A DNA stretch of 64,000 nucleotides from Eledone cirrhosa. Lineage: Eukaryota. Of this stretch, positions 32,922 through 47,329 are shown in pieces (positions within the stretch are counted from its first letter, which is position 1; each line of letters starts with the position of its first letter). The notes beneath the pieces were generated by a model. The model saw nothing but the letters and a program-made list of their open reading frames with translations. It had not been told where the DNA came from and ran no database searches. The stretch is taken from assembly GCA_964016885.1 (NCBI GenBank), contig OZ024758.1:20212001-20276000 (forward strand). The letters run 5' to 3'. The translations under genes were made by a program, and so were the position numbers.

Positions 32922-33536
32922 TGGAATTAACACAAAAAGCTGGTACGAATACCGATTCCCTTATTTCTAGGCTCTGACTACTTGAATATTTTCTGTAATG
33001 TTACTCAACGTTTACTGTTAGGATAGTGGAATATAATTGAAATCATAGCGATATTATTAACAAATATTCCAATGCTAATCAACAGACTAATTCATAGTAT
33101 TCTCTGACGCTGCTCTATTTCTAGGGAATTAGTTGCCTTTATTAAATGGGAAAGTTTGACAATAGACCTCCAACTCAACATGTGCTAATTATATAGTTGG
33201 AAAATGTGTACCTATTCAGAAATACCCAGTTTGATTGTTGGCTAAATTTAAGCCATTAGATTATCACAAAATATAATAAGATTTATATCACGTATTTCAA
33301 TGAATCTTTATATGGATGAATAGCGTAAACAATCGACATCATTCTACACCTTCTCATATTAGTGAAATATGAGGAGGGTGAGAGAGACGGGGGTGGTGAC
33401 AATGGGAATTTAGTTCCTATGCTTGTTACATCGGACCTGATGTACATGTGTGTGTCATTTTACACTATCGACCCTTTCCATTGACATATCCAGTGTATAT
33501 CAACACATGAAAAGGAATTGTGTTTCATTGGTAATT

Positions 33537-33720
33537 AATAATTGTTTCTACATTTGGCACAAGGCCAGCAATTATCCAGTACATTACTGGTACTTTATTT
33601 TATCGACCCCGTAAGGATGAAAGGCAAAGTCAACCCCGGCGGGATTTGAACTCAGATCGTAAAGTAACGTAACTATGCCGGAAAGCATGGCGTCCGACCC
33701 TCTACAGATACTGCCAATCC
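33537..33720 (-). mobile_element. SINE copy
   Basis: Consensus; TSD AATTAATAAT at 33533 and 33721. Confidence 0.9.
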
Positions 33721-34115
33721 AATTAATAATATCTCGCAATCATAATTGAAATGTTTGTTACATTTAAATATAATTGCACTCGAATTTCTAACAAAGCCAG
33801 TTGGGGGTAATTCTATTCTTCGTGGGTCGGATTCTATTCAGCACCATAACTTATCAAAGGAAATGCCCATTTCTAACGAAGAAATGTAAAAGGGTTAACT
33901 TGTACGCGAGTAAACATCAGTTATATCAGAGCTCACGAAAGTCGTTATGCGCAGTCCGAGGGATGCTATGATTACGTTGGTGACTGTAAAACTCCAGACT
34001 ATGCAGTTCTAAAGCATCTTAATAAATCCAAATATTTAACCACCAAGAGACTTGATGAGTGCTATTTTATATCGCTTTCAAACGTATCCTGTTATCGTTC
34101 TTTTCCTTTCCCCTC

Positions 34116-34250
<135 letters not shown>

Positions 34251-34349
34251 GTGTGTATGTATATATATATATACAGACACATATGTAGGCGCATATAAAC
34301 ACAGTCAAGCACGCACGCAGAACACACAATCGAATATACATGCATACAG

Positions 34350-34427
<78 letters not shown>

Positions 34428-35349
34428 ATGTGTGTGCGTGCATGTGCGTATATATATATATATATATATGTATACATGTCTATATTAGCTTAATTCGTAT
34501 GCGAGAATATATAAGATGTTAGATTATAGAAAATTTGCAGTTTCCTTTTTTGTCGAACTTCATAGCGATATATCTAATATTGATTTATGGTTTTCTTTCA
34601 TCCGAAAAGAAGATGCATTATAGTATCCATTAAAATCTCTGGTTATTGTTACTCACTACATTACTCAGGCCATTTCCTTCCAAGAAGTGTGTAAAACGAA
34701 GATGTATATGTAGATATATTTTATGTACAACACTAATGTAAATTTAAACTTATTGTTATGTTTGAGACGCATACTCTATAAATCCATGCATGTTTTACCG
34801 AACGAGTTAGAGTGACTGTAATGTATGTAGTAACACATCTAAGAACACATATGTTTTTAGTAAATACTCATATAGTGCTTAAACTAACTTACGTCACATA
34901 ACAAATCGAATGGGGCCACCTGTCTTAGGATATGCCAAGCTATCGATCGAATAATCTTGCCAAAACACATATCTTATTTTCATTCTTTTTCCTAATAATG
35001 AGTTATAGATTATACAATAGTTAATCTGATATATTTTAACATCAAATTCATACGTTGTGCCTGTCTGTTTAGGAAAGTGTTCTGGTTTTAAATCTATAGT
35101 TCATTTTTAGTATGTAACTATATATTTATTTTTTAGTACAGTTTCATCTGCATCGCAAGTTTTATATGTCTATAGATAAATATGCGTATGTTTATCTACT
35201 ACATATAGAAACATGATTTATATACTATTTATGAATTTTAATGTGTTTACCACCACTATATTAATCATTTAATATGACAGCAGATAGTTTAGTTGCTCCT
35301 GTGTTCGGAAAGAGAGCTACGGTTGAGAAGAGGGGACGTTGCACATGGT

Positions 35350-36200
35350 CAAAAAATTATGAACAGTGCAAGGTCGGTGACTGAAGGGCAGGCAAAAAAA
35401 GGAAAATAACTGGAATTAGATTTGAATAGTAAGCTTTTTTCAATAGTATAAACATTGTAGGTCGATTGATATAGGAAATGTATCAGTTGTGAGGGCAGTG
35501 ATGGAGTCGATGCCATGGAAGCGAGGGACTGCAGCTTTGAGCAAGATTGGATGTGATTCGCATATGTTAAACAGCGAAACCATATTTTGAATCTGGTTCT
35601 CAAAATTGCTGTGGCGTATGTTTAGTTTGAATGTTGGAACAATAATTCGAAGTAAGAATAGGAGTTGATACTTTCATGGTAAATTGATGTAGTAAGAATG
35701 ACGTGGAGCATGTGAATAGAAACGACTACATTACTTAATCCAAATAAGATATGTTGAATAATATACTTCTTTTTGAAGTTAAAATTATGCGGTGGTCCAG
35801 GATGAAAAGATTTCGTCAATACTTTGTTAAATAATGTTTGACATGGAGCTAAACAATATCATACTAGGCATGATCTTTTAATCCTTGGTCTGCAATTATT
35901 ATAAGGAAACAAGTGTTAATAAGAATATTTAAGAGGAAATAAACCATCGAAATATTACAAATAGGTATTATGTAAATATTCAGAACAGGAGGTTGAGATT
36001 CAGAGTAACATAGAATTTGAGAATATGATTGAAACTGAAAATGAAGTGAAATATTGTGCAGGTAAGGCTTACGATACAAGGAAGAAACACGAGTGGAAGT
36101 CTCATAATAAAAAATGTAGCTATTAACATTATAATACTTGGAATAATGTGTCGAGGTGATATTGCTGTGTTTAACAGATTGTGTATACATTTTGATTTTA
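35350..36200 (-). pseudogene. Degenerate Penelope-like RT/GIY-YIG coding relic
   Basis: Fragments in the expected order: HSNITST (cf. HPNIKFT), SSLYRKP (cf. TSVYRKP), SNVV..FTCS..YYI (GIY-YIG-like), IEKSLLFK...VTDLALF (PLE C-terminus-like). Many frameshifts; recognised by eye only. Confidence 0.5.
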
Positions 36201-36604
36201 TTAATTTAGTATATAGGTAGGTATTTTTATACACTCATGTGCGTGCTGTGTAATGATGCATCAGTGAAAGGAATAAAGTAAGAATGAAGGAAGAAAAATA
36301 GAAGACGAAATTGGCAATGTTATTTGAGGGAAAGCACATCATCTGCTCTATAACAGCCATCCCAGACATATCACATTTAATGGCTTTGGAAAGCATATTG
36401 AAGAAAATCCAACAGACGTAAGATTACATTTGTTAGTTTCAGTTTTCAATACTATTGAAAATATCTAACTAAAAATCCATTAAGGAAATGAGAAAAAAAA
36501 TAGTAGAAATAACTAAGAGATATGAGACGATGCACAGAAATATAATGAACGTCACAAAAACAATGACATAAGAACTGCATACACACGCACGCACACAGAC
36601 ACAC

Positions 36605-36657
<53 letters not shown>

Positions 36658-36729
36658 CAAACACCCACGCACACGTACACATTAACTTACACATACATAC
36701 TTATATAGAAATATACACCATACAATCAG

Positions 36730-36766
<37 letters not shown>

Positions 36767-36914
36767 AGTGTGTGTGTGTGTGTGTGTATGTGTGTGTGTA
36801 TGTGTGTATGTATATATGTGTATATATATATATATATACATAAATATATATATGCCTCTCTGTTTTGTCCCTGTTCACATTTTTCCATTATATATATAAA
36901 TATATATATATTAT

Positions 36915-37200
36915 ATCACAGAAAAAAGAGAATCAGTGTTGCGACGAAGGGAATTTATTGGAAATTCGGCTTCGTAGATTCGAGAGGTATCCGACGACCG
37001 AGTGATGTCAGAGTCAGGTTTGATCACCATATCGATCGTGCCTCGAGCTGGTCACCTGAGAAACAAGTGTAATATGTCCAATAAATTCCTTTCGTCGAAC
37101 ACTGATTCTCTTTTTTCTGTGATTTCATACTCTGCTCTACGAAGGCATTGAGTACCCATACGGCCTACCGCAATCGGACGCTTTAAGCATCCGACACCAA
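36915..37200 (+). repeat. Fold-back element: 48-bp arms, structured spacer and tail
   Basis: 36915-36962 pairs with 37077-37123. Tail has TACTC...GAGTA hairpin at 37128-37154. Flanked by (TA)n. Confidence 0.8.
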
Positions 37201-37686
37201 TTATATATATTATATATATATATGTGTGAGTGTGTGTATATATGTATATATGAGATACAATGCCTGTATATGTACATATGCGAGTTTTTCTGTAGCTATG
37301 TATCATCCTATATATATAATACTCCACGTTCAGACACTAAATCTCCGCACAGAATCATATATAATTGTTTTTAAACATATAACTCCCGAAACACATGTAA
37401 ACAATAATTTAAATGTATGTTAAAATAATAAAACGCAGCACCAGCATATAAGCATGGTGGTAACACATAAAAAACACTGCAATATACATCTATTAAGAAC
37501 ATCGTAAATATACGTTTAAATGTAAATGTTTCCTTTAATACTTGAAAATGTAAAGATTATTTAAATAGAAAATCTATTCGAATTTTCTAGGTATTCGTTT
37601 ATAGCTACATATTCTAGTTCTGTTAATTCTCTTTCAGCAATATCTTCGAGGAAATACTTACTGTTGTAATTTTCCGACATGCACAC

Positions 37687-37742
<56 letters not shown>

Positions 37743-37802
37743 GTGTGTGTGTGAGAGTAAAACGTCGGGGGCTATATTCAGTTGATTCAGGTTTATTTAA
37801 AA

Positions 37803-37864
37803 CTCTGTCATACATATTTCGCTGATGACTATGTGTTATAATAGCCCGAGCTCTTCAGACGGCG
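37803..37864 (-). ncRNA. Degenerate type-I hammerhead
   Basis: Minus strand: CTGAAGA-GCT..GGCTAT..ATAGTC..AGC-GAAA-TATGTA-TG. Position 17 is G and stem I is weak, so it is probably inactive. Confidence 0.65.
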
Positions 37865-37944
37865 AAGCTTAAAATAAACATTGAAAGTTCCTAAGAACGC
37901 TTTTACCGACGAGTAATAAATATATATATATATATATATATATT

Positions 37945-38178
37945 AGGAAAAGATATCGAAAATGCAACTGGAGTCTTTATAAGGACATTTACGTATTTAT
38001 TTAGTTTTAATTTTACTTTTGAAAATCATAAGAACTGTGAAATCGGTAAAGGAAATAAATACATATTCTTAAACAGATTCCAGTTCCATTTCAATTTCTT
38101 TTCTTTATAGTTTCACCCGTGTAGGACTTCTCCTTTTTTTGTTTGTTTTTGTTTTCATTAACAAAACACTTATTTTCT

Positions 38179-38180
<2 letters not shown>
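37945..38180 (+). mobile_element. Family D fold-back element with degenerate U3-A8 hammerhead
   Basis: Homologous to 47390-47570. Inverted arms ~37957-38012 and 38053-38092. TTGAAAA-tcat-aagaa-ctgt-GAAA-tcgg-TA at ~38019-38048. Confidence 0.65.
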
Positions 38181-38212
<32 letters not shown>

Positions 38213-38254
38213 TATAATCCAGGTTATCATGCCTTCTTCGCATTCTGGTAATTA

Positions 38255-38329
<75 letters not shown>

Positions 38330-38944
38330 TATATATATAATGTAAAATAGAGAGAGAAATAGATGATCTCGACCGCGATCGAACTTACAGTCTTCCCATT
38401 ATATAAACTCAGCCCTTTCCCCTGATTTCTTATGTCTGACATCACCGTCAGCAGACTTTATATATGTTCGAATTATTTACCTTCACTTCGATGTATTAAC
38501 TATAGCCATTCTCCACAATATTATATGTGAGAGCGGATGGCTAATATAAATATTATATATTAACAAGAAACATTTATAGTGGTCATAATATCTACAATTT
38601 ACGAAGCATTGCGTGATAGTGTGTGTCACTAATGTAGCTTATGTAAACACAATATCAGCATATAATTAGAAATCAGTCCTGAATTTAAAAAAAAGCATAT
38701 GAAAGCAGTTGAATCATTGCCTGACGAATAGTTTCTTTAATCTTGCGAGATATTATGTTTATATGAGTCGTATGAGAGGAAATGACAATGAACATCTGGA
38801 AAGTAGTAGGAATTATGGAATGTATTGAAAAACGAAAAATAACAAAAACCTAAACATTTCGAGGTCAAAAAGAAAATAAATTGAAAACCTCTATTTGCTT
38901 AGAAGTTATCATAGTTCTATCGTTCATAATTATTGTTAGCTTAG

Positions 38945-40100
38945 AGCGGCGTATTAGCAGTATAGGTCGAGCGTCAGACGTCATGCTTTGCATTATAATT
39001 ATGGCCCATTACGTTCTGTTTTCAAATTCTACCGTTGATTAATTTGCCTTTCATCCTTACGGGATCGATAAAATAAAGCACCAGTAATGCACTCGGGTAA
39101 TTGCTGGCCTTGTGCCAAAACAAGATACAATTATTATAGTTAGCTTTGCCTTTCATCATTACGGGGTCGATAAAATAAAATACCAGTAACGCACTGAGGC
39201 CGATTAATCGACCCCCCCCCCTCTAAATTGATGGCCTTGTGACTAGAGTAGAAACAATTATTATTGAAGAGGTCACAGAATGTGTGACGAAAGAACTATG
39301 ACTATATATAAACAACTATCTGGTTGTGGAACCAACCAACCAAGCCGAAATTTATAAATTATAAATTTATAATAAATTGAAGTGAAAGCAACTGGCGCGT
39401 GTGATTCTGATTGGCAACATGACCCTCCCAAAGTATAACAATAATTATTATTGAATTTCGGTGAATTGGCAAAATAGGTAGAACCTCCGACAATAAGCTT
39501 AGCGGCGTAGTTAGGATCCCTTTCGTTCTGAGTTCAAATCCCACCGAGATAAGCAGTCATGCATTGGGGTCGATTTAATCGATTCACCCCCTCCGGCCGT
39601 GGTTTTGCAGAATCGGTAGAGAGTCTATCTTGTTTAGCAGCATAGTGTTAAGACCGTTTACGTTCTGAATTAAAATCCATCCGATGATAGCTTTACTTGT
39701 CATCGTTACGGGAACGATAAAATAAAGTAACAGTAATGCACTGGGGTCGAATTAATTGAAAATATATATATATATGTATATATTGCTGACCTTGTGGCTA
39801 AATCAGAAACCATTATTATTCAATTGCTGTTTTTCTCGATTGGATCTTCCCTGAAAAATATTCGGGGAACTCAAATGCAGTGCGTTATATTCGGTATGGC
39901 GTCTGACAAGCTTAGCAGCATAGTGATAAGACCATTTACGTTCTGAGTTAAAATCTAACCGAGGTTAGCTTTGCTTTTCATCCTTACGGAGACGAGAAAA
40001 TAAAATAACAGTCATGCATTGGAGTCGGCTGAATTGAATCTCCCACCACAACCATCAAAAAAAAAATTGCTAGCCTTGTGCTTAAATCAGAAACATTATT
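38945..40100 (+). mobile_element. Cluster of about 5 SINE copies or fragments
   Basis: Repeated B-box, core and tail motifs. Confidence 0.85.
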
Positions 40101-40934
40101 ATTGAATTTCTGTTTTTCTCTATTAGGTCATTCCTGAAAAATATTCGAGGAACTCACATGTGATGCATTATAGAAAAAGGGAATCAAAACAAATCTTAAA
40201 GAAATGATTAAATATGAAAAAAAAAAAAGGTTTATGACTAAACAATAAAATAAATGCAGAGCAAACTGCATGAATATCAATGATATATTTTTTCCGGTAT
40301 ATATTGGAAATGAAAATCATTTCTATAATTTTTTTTTTATAATATATATATTTTTTTCCCAGAAATCTTTAATATTATTATTATTATTTGCTGCAAATAA
40401 TTTAATCTCGTTTTTTTTTTTCATTTCTATTGTTATTTTTTCAATTAGATTGGGTTTTCTTGAAAGTCTTCAGAATTCGTGACTCTTAAGAAATATGTGA
40501 TTGGTTTTAGGATATTTTCTCTACAGATATTGAATACTGTTTTATATCGTTTTTGCCACGTTCTTTCTTGAATTAAGGCTTTAAAATATCGTCTATAATT
40601 GACAATAATGACAAATTTATTAAACAAAGATACAAAAGGAACAGATACTTTGGCGTTTTTAAAGATACAGTCTTTTTTTTTTTTCCAATTTCATATTCGA
40701 CTTATATCATTTTTCGTATCGTTTCACCTCATAAAAATATTATTATCTCGTTATGTAGGTAGGTATCTATGCGTAGCCGTGTTGGTGTGGAAATATGGAA
40801 AGCATCATTGAAGTGACACACACACACGTGCACAAACAAACACACACACCCATACACAAACACACACACGCACACACAGACACGCACACAAGCCCACACA
40901 CACATACATACACTCACAATCACACACTCACAAT

Positions 40935-40970
<36 letters not shown>

Positions 40971-41024
40971 TATATATATATATATTCACTCACCAACCTG
41001 CATATATGCATACACAAACACACG

Positions 41025-41116
<92 letters not shown>

Positions 41117-41357
41117 TATGTACGCAACCGCATGTATATTTATATACATATTTATATATATATATATATGAGAAAGTATGTGCCCGACGGCAGAGCTCAA
41201 ACCGTTTCTACGGCTATTTCTGTACTAAAAGTTCCTTACCACAACTCCTCCGTTATATATATATAACGAAGTAAATGTGGTAAGGAATCAGGTGGACCAG
41301 AACGCACCAAAGTACTCAATACTTAGAGTAGTAGAGTGGGTAATAGGAACGAGTAGG

Positions 41358-41453
41358 ACCCCAACGGCTGAGCTCAAGCCGTTTCGACGGCTAATTCTGG
41401 ACTAAATGAAAATTGTTATCCTGGAATATGAATAGCCGAGCTTCTCAGGGGGT
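41358..41453 (-). ncRNA. Type-I hammerhead, variant core (left arm)
   Basis: ACCCC-CTGAGAA-..CGGCTA..TAGCCG.C-GAAA-CGGCT-tgagctc-AGCCG-TT^GGGGT. G8 is replaced by A. Confidence 0.65.
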
Positions 41454-42623
41454 AATTCCATATATGGTAATAGTGATTGTCACAAGGATTGGTCAAAAGT
41501 TTGTTGTTGTGAAATAATTCTATCATGGCAATTTGTGGAAGGAAGGGGTAGCTGAACCGGCCAGTAGAAGAAAGAGGGAGAGGGAGTAGAGGAAACCAAG
41601 TCGTGCGTTGATAGTGCCAACTACAGCAGGGCAGGAGGTCAAGCAAGTATACTAGGGAGGAGGAGGGGGAGGAAGTCGAAACAATAAGTAAATCAATATG
41701 GAGTAAATATATAGAAGAATACCAAGAATGTTAAAAATATAAAAAAAACTATTTATGGTAACTATTCCCTAACCACAGTCATCAAGTCTCTCACTGGTAC
41801 TGCTAAACTATAGAACAGTTTACTAGGTGGGACGGAATTGTAGTAAGACGATTTTAAGAGTTAGTAGTAATCAACCGAGTATATCTTACGGTGACAGGTC
41901 AACAATTGGGGGGTCAAAATACTAAAGAAACTACCACTAAATAATAATTCAGAGTCCCGAAACTAATACGAAATAATTGTTTCTACACTAGGCACAAGGC
42001 CAGCAACCAGCCAGTGCAAAAAATAAACTAATACGAAATAAACTAAAACTATTTCGTATTAGTTTATTTTTTGCACTGGCTGGTTGCTGGCCTTGTGCCT
42101 AGGGTAGAAACAATTATTTCGTATTAGTTTCGGGACTCTGAATTATTATTTAGTGGTAGTTTCTTTAGTATTTTGACCTCACACTTGTTGACCTGTCACC
42201 GTAAGATATACTCGGTTGATTACTACTAACTCTTAAAATGGTCTCACTACAATTCCGTCCCACCTAGTAAACTTTTCTATAGTTTAGCAGTACCAGTGAG
42301 AGATTGATAACTGTGGTTAGGGAATAGTAACCAGAAATTGTTTTTTTATATTTTTAACATTCTTGGTATTCTTCTATATTGATTTACTTTTTTTTTTTAC
42401 TTCCTCCCCCTCCCCCTCCCTAGTATACTTGCTTGACCTCCTGCCCTGCTGTAGTTGGCACTATCAACGCCCGACTGGGTTTCCTCTACTCCCTCTCCCT
42501 CTTTCTTCTACTGGCAGGTTCAGCTACCCCTTCCTTCCACAAATTGCCATGATAAAATTATGTGTCTCAACAACAAACTTTTGACCAATCCTTGTGACAA
42601 TCACTTTTACCATATATGGAATT

Positions 42624-42719
42624 ACCCCCTGAGAAGCTCGGCTATTCATATACAAGGATAAACATTTTCATTTACTCCAGAATTAGCCGTCGAAACGGCT
42701 TGAGCTCAGACGTCGGCGT
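42624..42719 (+). ncRNA. Type-I hammerhead, variant core (right arm)
   Basis: ACCCC-CTGAGAA-...-GAAA-CGGCT-tgagctc-AGACG-TC^GGCGT. Confidence 0.6.
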
Positions 42720-42731
42720 CTTACTCGTTCC

Positions 42732-42801
<70 letters not shown>

Positions 42802-44587
42802 TAAGAAATAGAAGTTGTTGTGAAACACATCTTATTGTGTTCGTAGTGAGAAAAAAATTGATAAATAATTCGTATGAAATGATATACACAGATCCTGCTA
42901 AACACGAAGAGAGCTACATTCAAAAGCTATTCGTAATAAATACAGAATCAGATTTCACTCAATGTGTTTCAGCCGGCGATTGTCTAACTGTTTATATGTG
43001 ACAGTGTAGGGTATTATGAGGCAGTGGTAGATTTTGATTATTTGCTTATATAGAGAAAGTATTTTCTTCACACGTGATATATTTTTAGGAAAATATGTTC
43101 GAGTGATTTTTTAATCTATATTTCTTCGTTAATATTCTTTTCTAATTCCAGAAAAATCACATATGAATATATCATTGATATTGTGCAACGTATGATTCGT
43201 AAGAAAACCACTCTGCAATCGCATAGTTTCGAGTTTCTTAATATTGCAAGGCTCTTGAGCAAAGTATAGTTTACAAAGGACTCGGGATTACAAAAGCTTT
43301 GTGATTAACGAATGGATATTTATCAGATGACTAGGTTTTTTTCTCGTAGTGTAGATTTACTCCTCTTCTAGATTATAACAAACATGGAATACAAATATAT
43401 ATACCTAACATAATTTATAAAAACCTGTCATATTATAAGGAAAAATATAATAAAGATAATCTGATCTATTTGATTTGTTTACGCGACAAATGTTATGCTG
43501 TTAGTGCAAAATTATTGTAGAATTCCGACATGTTTTTCTACAAACGCTGTGTAGTCAACATCGGATTATGGCTACAAAAGAAAAGCCTTCCAGGAAGAGA
43601 TTAAATTGAAGTCGAAGAACGCAAAACTAAATAATGTTTTCTATTGTTATTTATTTATTTATATATTCATGTATTCGTTTATTATCTTAACGTGAAATAT
43701 TTTGCTTCAGACTTGTGTTACAATTCCAAGAAACCTTAGTGATAACCCGAATCTATTGTACTATTTTCTATGCCGGACTTATCAATTGTATCGTAACAAT
43801 ATATTAACCTTTCACCAAGTGGAATTCCAAGAACCAGATATTATTTTCTAACAATGCCAAGTTAGCAATTACGTGAGGCAATGACAGTAACACAGCGTCA
43901 GCAAGGTTTTAGTACCAACATAAATTCAAGTTGTAGCATTATTCACCACAAACACGAGTATGATTTTTAATAAACTTACTTATGAGCAGCAATCCCTATG
44001 CTTTGCCAGAGCAGTAATGACCATGCTTCGGCAGAAATAATATTCATTTAATATGTTTAATCCATTTTTTCTTTGTCATTACCATTGAGTTTCTTCATGC
44101 TATATGCTGCTATTATCAATATTGTCGTATCTAGCTTTGTACTACCATTCCCGTATCGTATTTATACTTTGAATCGTTGTCGTTGATAATTCCTCATTTC
44201 GCAGGGAAGATTCCATGTGTATTCACTTCATGTCTCGATTATTCTAGAAGTAAAATGGGTTTCGTATATGAAGGAATTGGGTCCTCGTCGGCTGGACTCT
44301 TGCTATTTCAACAGTAGGTATTAATGGGAAAATAGTTCAGCATGTATAAAAATGCGTGCTGAGGATGGTTTTTTTTATTGAAACTCTAATCATGGATATT
44401 TAAAACGATATGGCAAAAGGTCGTTAACAATATCTGTATAATATGGAACATTTCCTAACATGATTCTTTTGGTTGATTATATGGAGGCTGTTAAGAAGTT
44501 TCTTTTTGTTGATTCATCTAAAGTTTATACATTGTTTAAATGTTATAGACGAAAACGCGACGTAGGTACTTTTATTTGTGTATGTGC

Positions 44588-44711
<124 letters not shown>

Positions 44712-46777
44712 TGAAGAGTGTGGCAGCAAATATTATTTCAATAGATAAATTATTTATATACTTTTTAATATATTGAAATATTTAGATTTGATATTTTGAT
44801 AGTGTGTATTTCCTTTAGTAGACGCTTCCTTAGGCAAATACAGAAAATCTTATTATGGTGCATACTTTAGTCATATTGATATATTCTACCATGATACACT
44901 TTTAAAGAACATTATTCTTTTTGTGCTTGATCAACAAATTACCTGGTACCATATAAAGCTTAGAATTCTATAAATCTAACTACAGAAAATGTGTTATTTG
45001 AAGATTTTTTTTCTTAATGTTCATGAGCTCAGAATATTTTAGAAGTGTCAAATATCAACCAATGCGTTTCCCCGAACCAAGAAATATATTCATATTACAG
45101 AGTTCCGCGGGTTTCAACAGTAATATTATAAGAGATAAATCATAATATGAAGTAATCTGGTTAATATAAATTCCTTGCATCTGAAATAAATTGATAGGTT
45201 TGACAATCCGTAAATATAAAGGGAAATTATAGAGGGTAGCTGCTGAAGAATTCCTTAAATAGCCAATTAAAGATAATAACGACTAAGATAGCTTCTTGAT
45301 CAGACTGCAATAATTTGCTCGTTTAATGTGGAAATACTAATTCTTAAAGATTTGCGATAATAACGAGAACTTCAATAGAAATTCTATAAAGAAGAAATGT
45401 TCGATTTCTGAGTATATACTACCATCGATCTTTCGAAACCCTTTATTAGGCATTCTTGATATATTCTTCATTCCTTAGATGACCAGGCATAAGAGGTTAT
45501 TGATTCACACCAGCTCATTCCTCTCAACATTATGACATTTAGATATTGCTGGACATATCAGTTTTATTTCTATGCAATTTCCAATAAATTTTCAAAGTTG
45601 TATATAAACAACATATGAAACTATGTTCAATGTACGATCAGAAAATGTTGCTGTATTTTGATAAGCAATAAATGTATATTATTTACGACTGGACGAACTT
45701 ATACATAATAGATATACATTAAGTAATTTTCTGCTGATATATGTAATGCCGTTGCTATTTCAATATCCTCATCTTTATTCGTCAAATTATCAGTTGTATA
45801 CCTTATTTGTAAGGCACGAACACGTAACGCCCCTCCTAATTCACCGTTCCATTTCGTATTTGAAAATGTGTATAAATTTCACGTAAAAAAAGGCGTATTT
45901 CGCTTATTAATCACTTATGATTTAGTTAATGTTGGCTATGAGGCACTAAACATATTATGAAAATGATCCTGCTGTGACCAGGCAAAAGACTATGATGATA
46001 ATTATATTATACATACTATTTCATTCCTGTAAAATACGGTGGTGTGTAATGTGATGAAAGTTGGATTATCAGCAGATTAAACTAAACGGCCGATGATAGT
46101 GCGTAAAACTTCCATATCTTGTTATATTATGTTAACAGAACGAATCTTCAATATCCTTCAATCACAATATACAGTATTTGAATAATTTTTCTATAGATAT
46201 ACTTATATCTAAAATGAATTATACTAACAAACAAACTCATGTATAAAAACATTCTCTATTAAATTCCCGCCTTCATTTTCCTTTAAATATTTCCATGACA
46301 TGTGTGGAGGTGATTTCACAAAACAGTCAGTCTCAGTATATCACCCATAGCATTTGTTATCATTCCCTGCCATCATCTGAAATTGCGTATATCACCGCTG
46401 AAATAAGAACAATTATAAACGTATTCAATTTTCTACCAAATCCCTCAGAGAAGGCAGTATTTTGATAATTACTAGGGTAAATAAAATAATTACAATAGAT
46501 ATGTTTCATTCCACAAATCTAGGAATGTGGGTAATTCAGAGCTACACTAAAGCAATGGCTAATTTACTCAGTAAATTGTCCTTGCGTATTATGCCAAACT
46601 AACAATGCTTACTCGCGAATATCTGTTGATATGGAGAAGGATCATGACATTTCAGAACCGCCTCCATATTTATAGGTTTCAATAGTTGTTTTATATATTA
46701 CATAATATAATGATTACGTACGATGCTGTCAACAGAGGTCGTGTCAGTAAATGCGTTATCGCATTATTAGGTAATTA

Positions 46778-46875
46778 ATAATTGTTTCTACTTTAGGCAC
46801 AATGCCAGCCGTTAACCAGTGCATTAGTGGTACTTTATTTTAACAACCCCGTAAGGATGAAAGGCAAAGTCTACC
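46778..46875 (-). mobile_element. 5'-truncated SINE
   Basis: 16-bp TSD TTAGGTAATTAATAAT at 46767 and 46876. Confidence 0.9.
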
Positions 46876-47245
46876 TTAGGTAATTAATAATGTCAGCATA
46901 TGAATGCGCATTGTGGTAAATTCTTTTATAAGGGAAATTGTGGAAACATAACCATAGTATGTTGTTATTATTATTATTATTATTGACCGGTACTCTCCTT
47001 AATGTCTACTTTGTGTAAGCCCTTGTGGTTAATAAAGAAAGCATTATTATTATTATTATTATTATTACTTTTATTATTATTACTGTCAGTAGAACCCATC
47101 GTGTACAGCCAATGTGATGCGTCATGTGATACGGAAAGCTACATCTGACGCTGAGAAGTTGGTTCATTTTACACCATTGTTTACTGAATGGAGTGACAAA
47201 AAAGGAAGCCAACTACCGATTATTACCTTTTTCTAACGTACATAA

Positions 47246-47297
<52 letters not shown>

Positions 47298-47329
47298 GCA
47301 TATGTGTGGTTATATATATATATATAAAA

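Larger units (their letters stand above)
41265..42733. mobile_element. Family A long fold-back element (1.4-kb palindrome)
   Basis: Arms 41344-42040 and 42050-42733 with a 9-nt spacer. Unpaired tail 41265-41343. (TA)n on both sides. No coding capacity. Confidence 0.9.
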
